A stretch of DNA of 63,561 nt, filler included, from Deltaproteobacteria bacterium (GTDB lineage Bacteria; JAUYMQ01): NCBI GenBank assembly GCA_030698575.1. It is 10 parts of 10 records of this genome, joined end to end, with 100 filler letters (N's around TTAATTAATTAA, not from the genome) between each part and the next. Parts side by side here need not be neighbours in the genome. Positions count along the whole stretch, not along the records: positions 19,446 to 22,989 come from JAUYMQ010000111.1; positions 23,090 to 28,901 come from JAUYMQ010000346.1; positions 29,002 to 32,616 come from JAUYMQ010000123.1; 7 more parts are not named here. One strand, given 5' to 3'. Shown one piece after another: positions 19,990 through 29,002 of the stretch. The notes beneath the pieces were generated by a model. The model was given only the letters and a program-made list of their open reading frames with translations, searched no databases and had not been told where the DNA came from. The position numbers and the translations under genes were made by a program. Position 1 is the first letter of the stretch, and every line of letters starts with the position of its first letter.

Positions 19990-21119
19990 TGGGTGCATGG
20001 CGCACGGGGATGGAGGATTTCGTTCGCGATGTCCTGCAGGCCGGCTTCAGGCTGCTTCCCTGGCCGACGGAGCCGGGGCTACGCGCGGCCGGAGCGCCGG
20101 GCCCTTTCAGCCCGGTCATCGTCACGGGCAACTACGATCTCACAGTCCGCCGTGTGCTGCGCGCGCGTCGGGGAGTCGACGCATGAGTGGTCGTGGCGCC
20201 GACTAGCGGCAACAACGTCTGGTGCGCCGCCGCCGGCGGGCACCTGACGACGCATCAGGTGATCACGGCGCTGAAAACCTCCGGCGTGGCGGAACGGGTG
20301 CGCCACCGGCGCGCCATTCTTCCGCAACTCGCCGCGACGGACGTGGTGGGCCGCGATGTAATGCGGCGCTGCCGGTGGCGGGTGCGTTTCGGACCGGTTC
20401 ATGCTGAGGACCTCCCGCAATACCTGGCGGACGACCGGCGCAAGACCGACCGCATGCGCCGCGCGCGGTTCGGTGTGCGCGAGCGGCTGGAGATGGCGGC
20501 CTCCTGGGCGGTGCCCTCGGGCCTCGTGCTCGGCGTCCTGGCGCTCGCCCTGAAACCGTCGTGGATGCTGCCTCTCCTCGGCCTCTGCGCTTCCCTCGCG
20601 GTGAGCGTGTTCCTCTTCTACGACCGCATTCCGGGCCCTCGAAGGCTGCTCTTTGGCGGATCCGCGCTCGCCGTCGCCCTGCCGGTGGTGCTGATCGCGG
20701 GCGGAGGCGGCGGGGCGCTCCTGGCCGCGGCGGGCGCCTGCGTGCTCCTGACGGGTGTTCTGACATTCGACTACACGGGATCGACGCCCATCGAGGGGAG
20801 CAGCCATTTCGAGGAGAGGCGGTGGCGAATCACCCTCGACCTGGATCGCTGCCGGGGCGTCTATTCCTGCTGGGAGGTCTGTCCGGAGGCCTGTTTCGAA
20901 AAACGGGAGGACGTGCGAAAGATCGATCTGGCCCATGACGATCGCTGCGTCCTGTGCGGGGCTTGTATCGTGCAGTGCCCGAAGGACGCGCTCTAGTTCG
21001 AGGACGAGGGGGGCCGGCGCATTCCCCCCGAGACCATCCGGCGGTTCAAGCTGAACTTGCTCGGCCGCCGGACTGTCGACGCCGGCGAAAACGAGCCGAA
21101 ATCCGGGCCTCCTGCCTGA
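19989..21119 (+). pseudogene. HgcAB-like fusion (corrinoid-binding domain, TM helices, ferredoxin) with in-frame TGA (20184) and TAG (20994)
   Basis: PVIVTGNYDLTV, NVWCAAAGG, ILPQLAA, FGPVHAEDLPQYL, TM segment, CRGVYSCWEVCP and CVLCGACIVQCP, all in one frame that continues FEDEGGRRIPPETIRRFKLNLLG after the TAG. Confidence 0.85.
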
Positions 21120-21120
21120 G

Positions 21121-21410
21121 CTAGACACGGTAGCGTTCGTCCTCGGCGTACCGGCGGTCGCCGCCGACCAGGGCATTGAACTCGTCGAATTGCATCATGT
21201 CGCCGCCGAGCCTCGCCGTCGTTCCATCGCGACGAATGGCGGCGTAGGTTCGCTCGAGCGCGCGCGCGGCCGCACGAATTTTGCTGCGTGCTCCGCGGCG
21301 TCGATGACTTCCTTTCCCCGCATGTGACCGCATCGCTTGGGCCACCGCTGATCCTCCAGGAGGACGCCCCGGGCGCCCATCCGAACCAGCTCGCCCACCA
21401 TGCGCTCCAC
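21121..21410 (-). pseudogene. Remnant of an isocitrate lyase/PEP mutase family gene (PrpB-like)
   Basis: GARGVLLEDQRWPKRCGH signature, then a frameshift near 21280 and a jump to the C-terminal DGTT and FDEFNALVG; N-terminus and middle missing. Confidence 0.75.
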
Positions 21411-21428
21411 AACGCAGTTCCGTTCTGT

Positions 21429-21456
21429 TGCCGACTCTAAAATGCCGACTCTAAAA
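21429..21456. repeat. Perfect 14-bp tandem duplication
   Basis: TGCCGACTCTAAAA twice. Confidence 0.85.
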
Positions 21457-21489
21457 AAGACGCGGCGCCCAGTTTATACCAGGCGCCGC
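21453..21489 (-). terminator. Intrinsic terminator of the TPR/beta-barrel gene
   Basis: GCGGCGCC/GGCGCCGC stem followed on the minus strand by TCTTTTTT. Confidence 0.6.
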
Positions 21490-21514
21490 TCGCTCCGGTT
21501 GTCAGATTTTGACG

Positions 21515-22989
21515 CTACCAGACGAACTGGACGTTCACTCCCGTGGTGCCCCGCTCAAAGCCGCCGCTCGAGGCGGTAGCGGAGCTGAAATAGTTGTAGC
21601 GCCCTCCGATCGTGAGGCGGTCGAAGATGCTGTAGTTGAGGCTGGTGCCCGCGCGCCAGATGGACTGCTGGCCGCCTGGCGTCGCCTGCTCGGCGCCGTA
21701 GCCGCCGTCGAACTGATAGGTGAACCGCTCCCCCAGGAGGCCGGTCGTTCGCATGATGAGTTCGTTCGAGTTGTAGGTGTCCGGGTTGTAGTAGCCGTTG
21801 TTGAACTCCCTCCGGAAATCGAACCCCGTGTACTGATACCCCACGAACAACGCCGGATGGTTCCAGATCCGCCGCTCGATCTCCGCCTGCCCCCAGTTCC
21901 GGACGTTGCCGTCCGTGAAGTCGCCCCAGTTGTAACGGCCCGTTATGCGGGTCAGCTCGTCGGGAGTGACGTCCACCGAGAAGTTCGCGAAGTTGGCGGC
22001 GATGCCCCGGCGCAACGAGGTCAGGTTGTCGAAGGTCGTCCGGCTCGATCCCACGTCGAAACGGAGCAGATCGTTGGGCCAGTAGGTGAGAGAGGTATCG
22101 TAAGTGAAGATTTCCCGATCTTTCCTCGCCCCTTCGACGTCGATGAGATCGATGAACGCGGCCCCGGCCCACTGGAGTGAGTCGCTGATCCTGTGCCGGG
22201 CGTACAGGCCCGGGCGGTTGACATTAATATGATCCACATCTGTCTTCTTCTGGTTGAAGCGGTAGAACTGGTAGCGGGGTCCCACCACGGTGCGGCCGTC
22301 GTTCAGAAACACGTTCTGCTCGGCCGAGATACCGTGGATGGTGAGCTGGTCGGACTGGTGTGATTCCTGATAGTCGACGCGGGTCGCCGGTCGCTCCCTG
22401 AACTCGATGTCTTTCAGCAACTCCCTCGACCGCGTGTCATCCGGTGAATTCTGAAGGTGCCGCTCGAGTGTCTTCTTGGCCTTGTCCGGTCTTCCCATCC
22501 AGTCCTGACTCTGGGCCAGGAGGAAGACGCCTTCATTGTCATCGGGGTTTTCGGCCACGAATTCCGATAGCTGCCGTTGCGCATCCCGCTGCCGGCCCCG
22601 CCAGCTCTGCACGCGCCCGAGGCTCCTCCGGGCTTCCGCGTTCAGGGGATCCTGCGCGAGCACTTCTACGTAGGCTTCCCTGGAGGGACCCTGCCGGTCT
22701 CGCCAGGAGAGCACACGCGCGCGCCCCAGCTGGGCGTCGCGGTTCCCGGGGTCGTCGGCGAGCAGTGCCTCGTATTCCTTCAGCGACTGTTCGAGCTGGT
22801 CCGTCCAGGAGAGCGCCAGTGCGAGGCCGAGCCGGGCCCGCAGGGCATCCTCCGGCGATGCGGTTCCCGAATCGAGGTATTCCTCGTAAAGGGGCACGGC
22901 TTTCTCGGCGAAACCGGCGTAGGTCATCTGATCGGCCAGTTCCCGGAGCCAGAGCAGGCGCCATGAAGGTTCCTCTGCGATGGCCTGCT
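21515..22989 (-). CDS. TPR-repeat protein with C-terminal outer-membrane beta-barrel (PgaA/YaiO-like exporter), 5' truncated
   Basis: Repeats LGLALALSW, LGRARVLSW and LGRVQSW; alternating beta strands, GYYNPD loop, terminal VQFVW; the frame is open to the contig end. Confidence 0.75.
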
Positions 22990-23089
22990 NNNNNNNNNNN
23001 NNNNNNNNNNNNNNNNNNNNNNNNNNNNNNNNNTTAATTAATTAANNNNNNNNNNNNNNNNNNNNNNNNNNNNNNNNNNNNNNNNNNNN
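22990..23089. other. Artificial contig spacer
   Basis: N-run with TTAATTAATTAA. Confidence 0.97.
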
Positions 23090-23487
23090 TCCTCTCCCTT
23101 CGATTCGATCTCGATCCGCCCGGAGTCGTAGTACTGCTGGAAGAGAATGGGCGCCATCTTGAGGACGAAGCCCGGATCGTTCTGCTTGCCGAAGCTCTGC
23201 TGCACGCCTCCCGCCAGCGCCACGCGCGCCGTGAAGCCGCCGATTTTGCGCATCAGCTCGAAATCTCCCTTCCCGAAGATCTCGTCGATGGCCACCAGTA
23301 TCTCGATAGCCTTGTCGAGGGGGTACCAGGTCGAGACCAGCACGCCGTCGCGGATCGCGTCCTGCCCCTCGGGCGGGAGCGATTCGATCAGGAGCTGCAG
23401 TCCCTTCTCGCCATAGAACTGCTTCACGTAGTCCAGGCGCGACTTGAGCACGAGTCCCTTGATGTGTGCAGCCGTGTTTACCGTCAT
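23090..23487 (-). CDS. DUF2378/TIGR02265-like (myxobacterial-type) protein, 3' truncated
   Basis: IKG, STWYP, RKIG and QQYYDSG pattern. Confidence 0.55.
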
Positions 23488-23621
23488 GACCGCTCTCCCG
23501 GACGCCCGCGTACTCCCCACCGCCGGCTATCCCGTTAAACGCTTATCGGCGTTCCCCGGAACGCGCTTGACCCCCTCCCGCGCGCTTGTGCCGCCACGGG
23601 GCGGGTGCTAGACAGAGGGCC

Positions 23622-24539
23622 ATGAAAGCCTGCGTGAGCTGCGGAAAAACCTCGGGAAAACCGGTCTGGCGCGAACAGGACGTGGACATCGTCCGCTGCG
23701 GCGGGTGCGGCCTGGTGTATACCAACCTCGAGGGGGACGTGGCCGAGACCTTCTGGAAGGAGCCCAAACCCGAAAAGCTCGATCAGGAGGATTTTTACTG
23801 GGACACCGCGCGGGCGGCGGTCTACGACGAAGTGCTCGATCTGCTGGAACCGGAGAAGCGGGCGGAGGGCGGCGAGCCCGCCCGCATCCTGGACATCGGC
23901 TGCGGCAAGGGCTTCTTCCTGAAGCGGGCCGCCGACCGGGGCTGGGAGGCCCATGGGCTCGAGCTGTCGCCTCACGCGGTGAAGTTTGCGAAAGAGAAGC
24001 TGGGGCTGCGCCACGTGGCGATGGGCCGGGTCGAAAACGTGGCCTTTCGCGCCAGGATGTTCCGCGTGATCACGCTCTGGGACGTGATCGAGCACCTGGC
24101 CGATCCCGGACCCATCCTGAGGAAGTCGGCCGAGCTGCTTGCCGAGGACGGACTGCTCTTCATCCAGACGCCCAACATCGGCTTTCACCTTCCCTACGCG
24201 CACCTGAAGCGCCTGGTGGGGCGCGTGACCAACAGCCGGAAGGCCCGCAAGCATCAGCTCGAGGCGAAACACCATCTCGTCCAGTTCACGCGCGAGAGCC
24301 TTGCCGGGATGCTGCGGCGCTCGGCTTTCAAAGACGTCACGTTCCAGGTGCTCCGGCCCATCGAGTCGGTGGCCGGGAGTCGCAGCGAGCGGCTGGCCGC
24401 CGCGAAAGGCGCCTACGTGAGCGTCGCGCGGCGAATTTTCGGCGCCACCGGCGGCCGGGTCATGCTGGCGAACACGCTCCACGCCTTCGCCAGGCGCGGC
24501 GACGTCCCCCCGCCCAAGCCGTTCAAGGCCCCCCGGTAA
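23622..24539 (+). CDS. Class I SAM-dependent methyltransferase with N-terminal Zn ribbon (surface-polysaccharide cluster type)
   Basis: CVSC and CGGC; ILDIGCGKG; GLELS; ITLWDVIEHL; IQTPN; HHLVQFT. Confidence 0.9.
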   Translation: MKACVSCGKTSGKPVWREQDVDIVRCGGCGLVYTNLEGDVAETFWKEPKPEKLDQEDFYWDTARAAVYDEVLDLLEPEKRAEGGEPARILDIGCGKGFFLKRAADRGWEAHGLELSPHAVKFAKEKLGLRHVAMGRVENVAFRARMFRVITLWDVIEHLADPGPILRKSAELLAEDGLLFIQTPNIGFHLPYAHLKRLVGRVTNSRKARKHQLEAKHHLVQFTRESLAGMLRRSAFKDVTFQVLRPIESVAGSRSERLAAAKGAYVSVARRIFGATGGRVMLANTLHAFARRGDVPPPKPFKAPR

Positions 24540-24564
24540 GAGGGACCCACTTATCATTCGCCCC

Positions 24565-24665
24565 CATGTCATTGCGAGGAGCGAAGCGACGAAGCAATCC
24601 CCCTGTTCGTGGGGTGCCCGGGAGATTGCTTCGTCGGGCCTTTCGGCCCTCCTCGCAATGACATG
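24565..24665. repeat. REP-like element, complete inverted pair
   Basis: CATGTCATTGCGAGGAGCGAAGCGACGAAGCAATC, a spacer, then GATTGCTTCGTCG...CTCCTCGCAATGACATG. Confidence 0.9.
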
Positions 24666-24807
24666 CGGGCAAAGGCGCAAACTGACCCGCTCTGCCCTCT
24701 TTAAGCGGGACTGTCCCTCTTTTGCCGCTTTCGCTCTTTCGTTGCGTGACTGATCCCTGTGTGCTACCAAAAGGGCCGTAACTGAACGTCCTGGAAGGGG
24801 TTTTTTG

Positions 24808-25842
24808 ATGCGTGGCGACGCTGGAACGGGAGCGGTAACGAAAACGGCACGCCGCTGGGCCGGATACCTGCGCGACGCGGCCCTCGACCGCCTGGCGTCC
24901 GCCCGCGACGCCGCGCGGACCGAGCCGGTCCGCATCAACTTCGTCTTTCACACCGAGCGTGTGGCCGAGCAGCCGAGCTTCGAGCGGCTGCTCGACTTCG
25001 TCACCTCCTTTCACAGCGCGACCGGCGTCCGCCCCACCCTCTGCCTGCTCACCCCGCACTGCCCGAAGGTCCAGGTCCAGATGGAGCGGACCGGTCTCGA
25101 CGACGACGGTTTCGGCGAGCGCGTGACGCGCCTTCTCGAGCATGCCGAGGCGGGCTACCACGGCCACTACTTCGAGCTGACCGACGACGAGGAGCGCGCG
25201 CGGAAGTCCCACCGCGAGCACTTCGGGCGCGAGGGCGCCTACCCCGGTCCCCGGAGAGCAAGCGAGGCCGGCGGCGGCGGAGCCACGTGGATGATCCCGG
25301 TGAGCCACCTGAACCCGCGCCACGATCTCGCCGAGGCGCAGATGGATCGCGAGCTGGCCTGGCTCGCGAAGGCCGGCATCCGGCCGCGCGTCTACACGGC
25401 CGGCTGGTGGCACATGGACGCCCCCATCGCCCGGCTTCTCGCGGCCCGCGGCATCGTGGTCGACTGCTCGATCCGCCGGCGGCACCGGAACACTTTCGGC
25501 GCGCGCTACCTCGGCGACGACGCCATCCCGCCCCGCGGCGAACCGTTCCTGCTGCCGCCCACGGAAAGCCTCATCGAGGTGCAGTCGATCTTCTACCCGG
25601 TGGATCACCCCTACCGGCTGCGCGAGGCCTACGCCGCCATCGTCGCCCACGCGCCCGATCGCCCGCTCTTCGTCGCCCTCCCCTCGCACGAGGGGGAGCT
25701 GTTCACCCATGCGCGCGTCTACCAGGATCACATCCGCCGCATCTCTGATTCGCCCGCCTTCGCCTGGCGCGCGGTTTCCTCCTTCGAAACGGAGATCCGG
25801 CGCGCATGGCCGGAGCGGGTCGGAAACGGAGGCGCCGCGTGA
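24808..25842 (+). CDS. Polysaccharide deacetylase-like (NodB-homology) protein
   Basis: FHTE, AGYHGH metal-binding motif, YTAGWW, VDCS and a late HEGE. Confidence 0.55.
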   Translation: MRGDAGTGAVTKTARRWAGYLRDAALDRLASARDAARTEPVRINFVFHTERVAEQPSFERLLDFVTSFHSATGVRPTLCLLTPHCPKVQVQMERTGLDDDGFGERVTRLLEHAEAGYHGHYFELTDDEERARKSHREHFGREGAYPGPRRASEAGGGGATWMIPVSHLNPRHDLAEAQMDRELAWLAKAGIRPRVYTAGWWHMDAPIARLLAARGIVVDCSIRRRHRNTFGARYLGDDAIPPRGEPFLLPPTESLIEVQSIFYPVDHPYRLREAYAAIVAHAPDRPLFVALPSHEGELFTHARVYQDHIRRISDSPAFAWRAVSSFETEIRRAWPERVGNGGAA

Positions 25843-27569
25843 GCCGCCCCGGACCCCTCAAGATCGCCATCCTCTCCAACTACACGCTTGATCCGTTGAA
25901 AGAGTTCCTCGGGCGGGAGATCACCGCACTCGGCTTCGAGAGCGAAACGTGGGTGGCGCCCTTCGGCACCTACGCGCAGCAGATTCTCAATCCGCAAAGT
26001 GAACTGCACACCTTCGCTCCGGATGTGACCGTGCTCGCGCTCTCGCCCGGACCGATTTTCGGGCGGCTGATCGAGCGATTCTCCGAGACGTCGCCCGAGG
26101 CGCGGCATGCCGGGGTGTCGGCCGCCGTGGGGGAGATCGCCGGCCTCTGCGAAGCCTGGGGTCGCGCAACGGGAATCCTGATTCTGCACAACTTCGTCAT
26201 TCCCTCCTCGCCCGTGCTGGGCCTCCACGATTTGAGGAACCCCTTCGGTGAGCGGGCGATGTTCGCCGCGGCCAACGACGAGCTGGCCGCCGCCTGCCGG
26301 AAGCTCGCCGGCGCCTGGGTGCTCGACCTGGAAGCGCTTGCCGGCCGCGTCGGGAAAGATGCCTGGAGCGATCCGAAGATGGTCTTCCTGGCGCGCATGG
26401 ACGTCTCGCGCGCGGGGCTCGAGGCGCTGGCGCAGGAGACGATGCGCTTCGTCCGCGCGCTGCTGGGGCGATCGCACAAGGCGCTCGTGCTCGACCTCGA
26501 CAACACGCTCTGGGGCGGCGTCATCGGCGAGGACGGCGTGGCCGGAATCAAGCTCGGAGACGCGCCGCCGGGCAACGCCTTCGTGGCTTTCCAGCGCCGC
26601 CTGCTGGTCCTCCACAAGCGCGGCGTGCTGCTGGCGGTGAACAGCGCCAACAATCCCGAGGACGCCATCGAGGTTCTCGAATCGCACCCAGAGATGGTTC
26701 TGCGGCCGGAGCACTTCGCGGCCATGCGCATCAACTGGCGCGACAAGACCGAGAACCTGCGCGAGATCGCCGCCGAGCTGCGGCTGGGCCTCGACGCCTT
26801 CGTGTTCTGGGACGACAGCGCGACCGAGCGCGAACGCATGCGGGCGCGGCTCCCCGAGGTGCTCACCATCGAGGTGCCGCGCGACCCGGCGCTCTACGAG
26901 CGCGCGCTGGCGCAGCTCGCGGATTTCGACGCGCTCTCGCTCACCGAGGAAGACCGCGCGCGGGGGCGCATGATGGCCGAGGGGCGCGCCCGCGACGATG
27001 CCCGCGCGAAGGTTGCGACCGAGGACGATTTTCTCCGGAGTCTCGAGATCAACGCGACGATCGCGGCGCCGGACGCGATCACGCTCCCGCGCTTCGCCCA
27101 GCTCACGCAGCGCACCAACCAGTTCAATTTGACGACGCGGCGATATACCGAGGCCGATCTCACGCGAATGCTCGCCGACGGAAAGACGCTGGTGCGCGGC
27201 CTGCGCGTCGTGGATCGTTTCGGCGACGAGGGGTGGGTGGGCCTGGCGATAGCCATGCGCGAAGGCGAAAGCGCGCGCCTCGACACCTTCCTCATGAGCT
27301 GCCGGGTCATCGGCCGGAAGATCGAGCACGCCTTCCTGGCCGCGCTCGTCGAGGAGCTCTGCGCCGCCGGCGTCCAGCGCTTCGAGGCGAGCTACATCTC
27401 CACGCCGAAGAACGCCCTCTGCGAACACTTCCTCGCCGACGCGGGGCTCGCGGGCGCCGGCGAGGCCGGCGAGGAAACGCGCTACACTCTCGATCTGACG
27501 GTCGCCCTCCCCGCGCCGCCGCAACACGTGACCCTCCTCCGGGCGCCTGACGGCGCCGGACCCGCCTGA
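25839..27569 (+). CDS. FkbH-like HAD-IIIC glyceryl transferase/phosphatase
   Basis: KALVLDLDNTLWGGVIGEDG, INW, FWDDS, RTNQFNLT, DRFGDEG and LMSCRV; GTGA overlap with the upstream gene. Confidence 0.95.
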   Translation: MSRPGPLKIAILSNYTLDPLKEFLGREITALGFESETWVAPFGTYAQQILNPQSELHTFAPDVTVLALSPGPIFGRLIERFSETSPEARHAGVSAAVGEIAGLCEAWGRATGILILHNFVIPSSPVLGLHDLRNPFGERAMFAAANDELAAACRKLAGAWVLDLEALAGRVGKDAWSDPKMVFLARMDVSRAGLEALAQETMRFVRALLGRSHKALVLDLDNTLWGGVIGEDGVAGIKLGDAPPGNAFVAFQRRLLVLHKRGVLLAVNSANNPEDAIEVLESHPEMVLRPEHFAAMRINWRDKTENLREIAAELRLGLDAFVFWDDSATERERMRARLPEVLTIEVPRDPALYERALAQLADFDALSLTEEDRARGRMMAEGRARDDARAKVATEDDFLRSLEINATIAAPDAITLPRFAQLTQRTNQFNLTTRRYTEADLTRMLADGKTLVRGLRVVDRFGDEGWVGLAIAMREGESARLDTFLMSCRVIGRKIEHAFLAALVEELCAAGVQRFEASYISTPKNALCEHFLADAGLAGAGEAGEETRYTLDLTVALPAPPQHVTLLRAPDGAGPA

Positions 27570-27570
27570 C

Positions 27571-28901
27571 ATGGATGAACGCGTACGCGACGTCTTCGTG
27601 ACCGTGCTGGCCGTGCCCCGGGAGATCGTCACGCCCGAGGCGACGCCCGAGCAGGTGCCGGGGTGGGATTCACTGGCGCATCTTTCGCTGGTGGCCGAGT
27701 TCGAGCGACTCTTCGGCGTGCAGCTCACGATGGACGAGGTACTCGCGGTGGGATGCGTGGGCGATTTCGCGCGCCTGGCCGTCGCCGGGGGCGAGGCGCC
27801 TGCATCTCAGCCGCCGCCCGCGGGCGCGCCGTCGATCGATCCCGTCGCGCCGCTGCTCCCGCCCGAACACGAAGCGCTCTTCGATTTCGCCCGCCGCGTC
27901 TCGAAGGAGATCACGCTCGTCCATTCCCCGGAGCACTGGGCCTGGCAGTACGAGCAGAACCCCGGCGCCACACCCGGCCGATCGCCGGTCTATCTCTTCC
28001 ATCACGAGGGGGCCATCGCCGGGCACCTCGGCACCATTCCGGTGACGCTCGAGGCGCAGGGGAAACTGCTCCGCGCGAGCTGGAGCGCGGGGCTCGTCAC
28101 CTCGCCGGAGGCCCGCTCGCGGGGGGCGGGCGTCAGGCTCGTCGAACGCTGGACGCACGATTGCGACGTGAGCCTGGTCCTCGGCACCACGCCGGACGCC
28201 GAGAAGCTTTTCACCTCCCTCGGCTGGCTCCGTCCCGCGGGCGGCCACCTTCGCTCCTACATGAAGCTTCTCGATGCCGATGCCGTGGTGCGAAAGCGGG
28301 TGAAGAACCCGGCGGCCCGGAAGGTGCTCGCGTCGGTGGCCAACGTGGCGCTCTCGATGATCCTCCGGACGCCGAGCGTGGCCGGAGGCGATCTGCGCGT
28401 GAGCCACTTCGATCGCTTCGATGCGCGCTTCGACGATTTCTGGGAGCGGGTGCGCGGGGGTTTTCCGGTCATCGTGCGGCGGGATCGAAGGTACCTGCAG
28501 TGGAAGTTCGCGTCGCAGCCTGGCGTGGAGTACATCCGGCTTGTGGCCGAGCGGTCGCCGGACGGCGCGGCGGGGAGTGCCAACGAAAAAAGTCCGCGCG
28601 AGGTCGCGGGCTACGCGGTGCTGCGAATCATGAAGCGGAAGCCCTACGTGGCCTACATCGTCGACTGGCTGGCCGGCGCCGATGACGACGAAGCCTGGCG
28701 GTTTCTCCTCGCGGCTTCCGTCGACGTTCTCCAGTCGCGCGGCGTGCAGCAGATCTGGTGCGTGGTGCTGAATCCCACGGCGGAAGAGCATCTCCGGAAA
28801 TTCGGCTTCGTGGTCCGCGACTCGCCCATGACCTTCTTCGTCCGCCCGAACCGCCCCGATCTCGATCCCGCCTTCTTCACCGACGGCGCAAACTGGTTCG
28901 T
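27571..28901 (+). CDS. Acyl carrier protein fused to GNAT-fold acyltransferase (3' truncated)
   Basis: N-terminal ACP with WDSLAH phosphopantetheine site; Pro/Ala linker; WQYEQNP, RSRGAG acyl-donor loop, RDRRYLQWKF and second GNAT-like half. Confidence 0.85.
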
Positions 28902-29001
28902 NNNNNNNNNNNNNNNNNNNNNNNNNNNNNNNNNNNNNNNNNNNNTTAATTAATTAANNNNNNNNNNNNNNNNNNNNNNNNNNNNNNNNNNNNNNNNNNN
29001 N
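28902..29001. other. Artificial contig spacer
   Basis: N-run with TTAATTAATTAA. Confidence 0.97.
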
Positions 29002-29002
29002 C

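Noticed and set aside
20184..20186. Selenocysteine recoding of the TGA in the HgcAB-like gene
   Set aside because: The codon lies at a Trp-like position rather than the Cys of NVWCA, a second stop (TAG) and a neighbouring frameshift are present, and no convincing SECIS could be identified
19989..21119. Calling this hgcA/hgcB and the organism a mercury methylator
   Set aside because: Fused architecture, NVWCAAAGG instead of NVWCAAGK, no terminal cysteines and an interrupted frame
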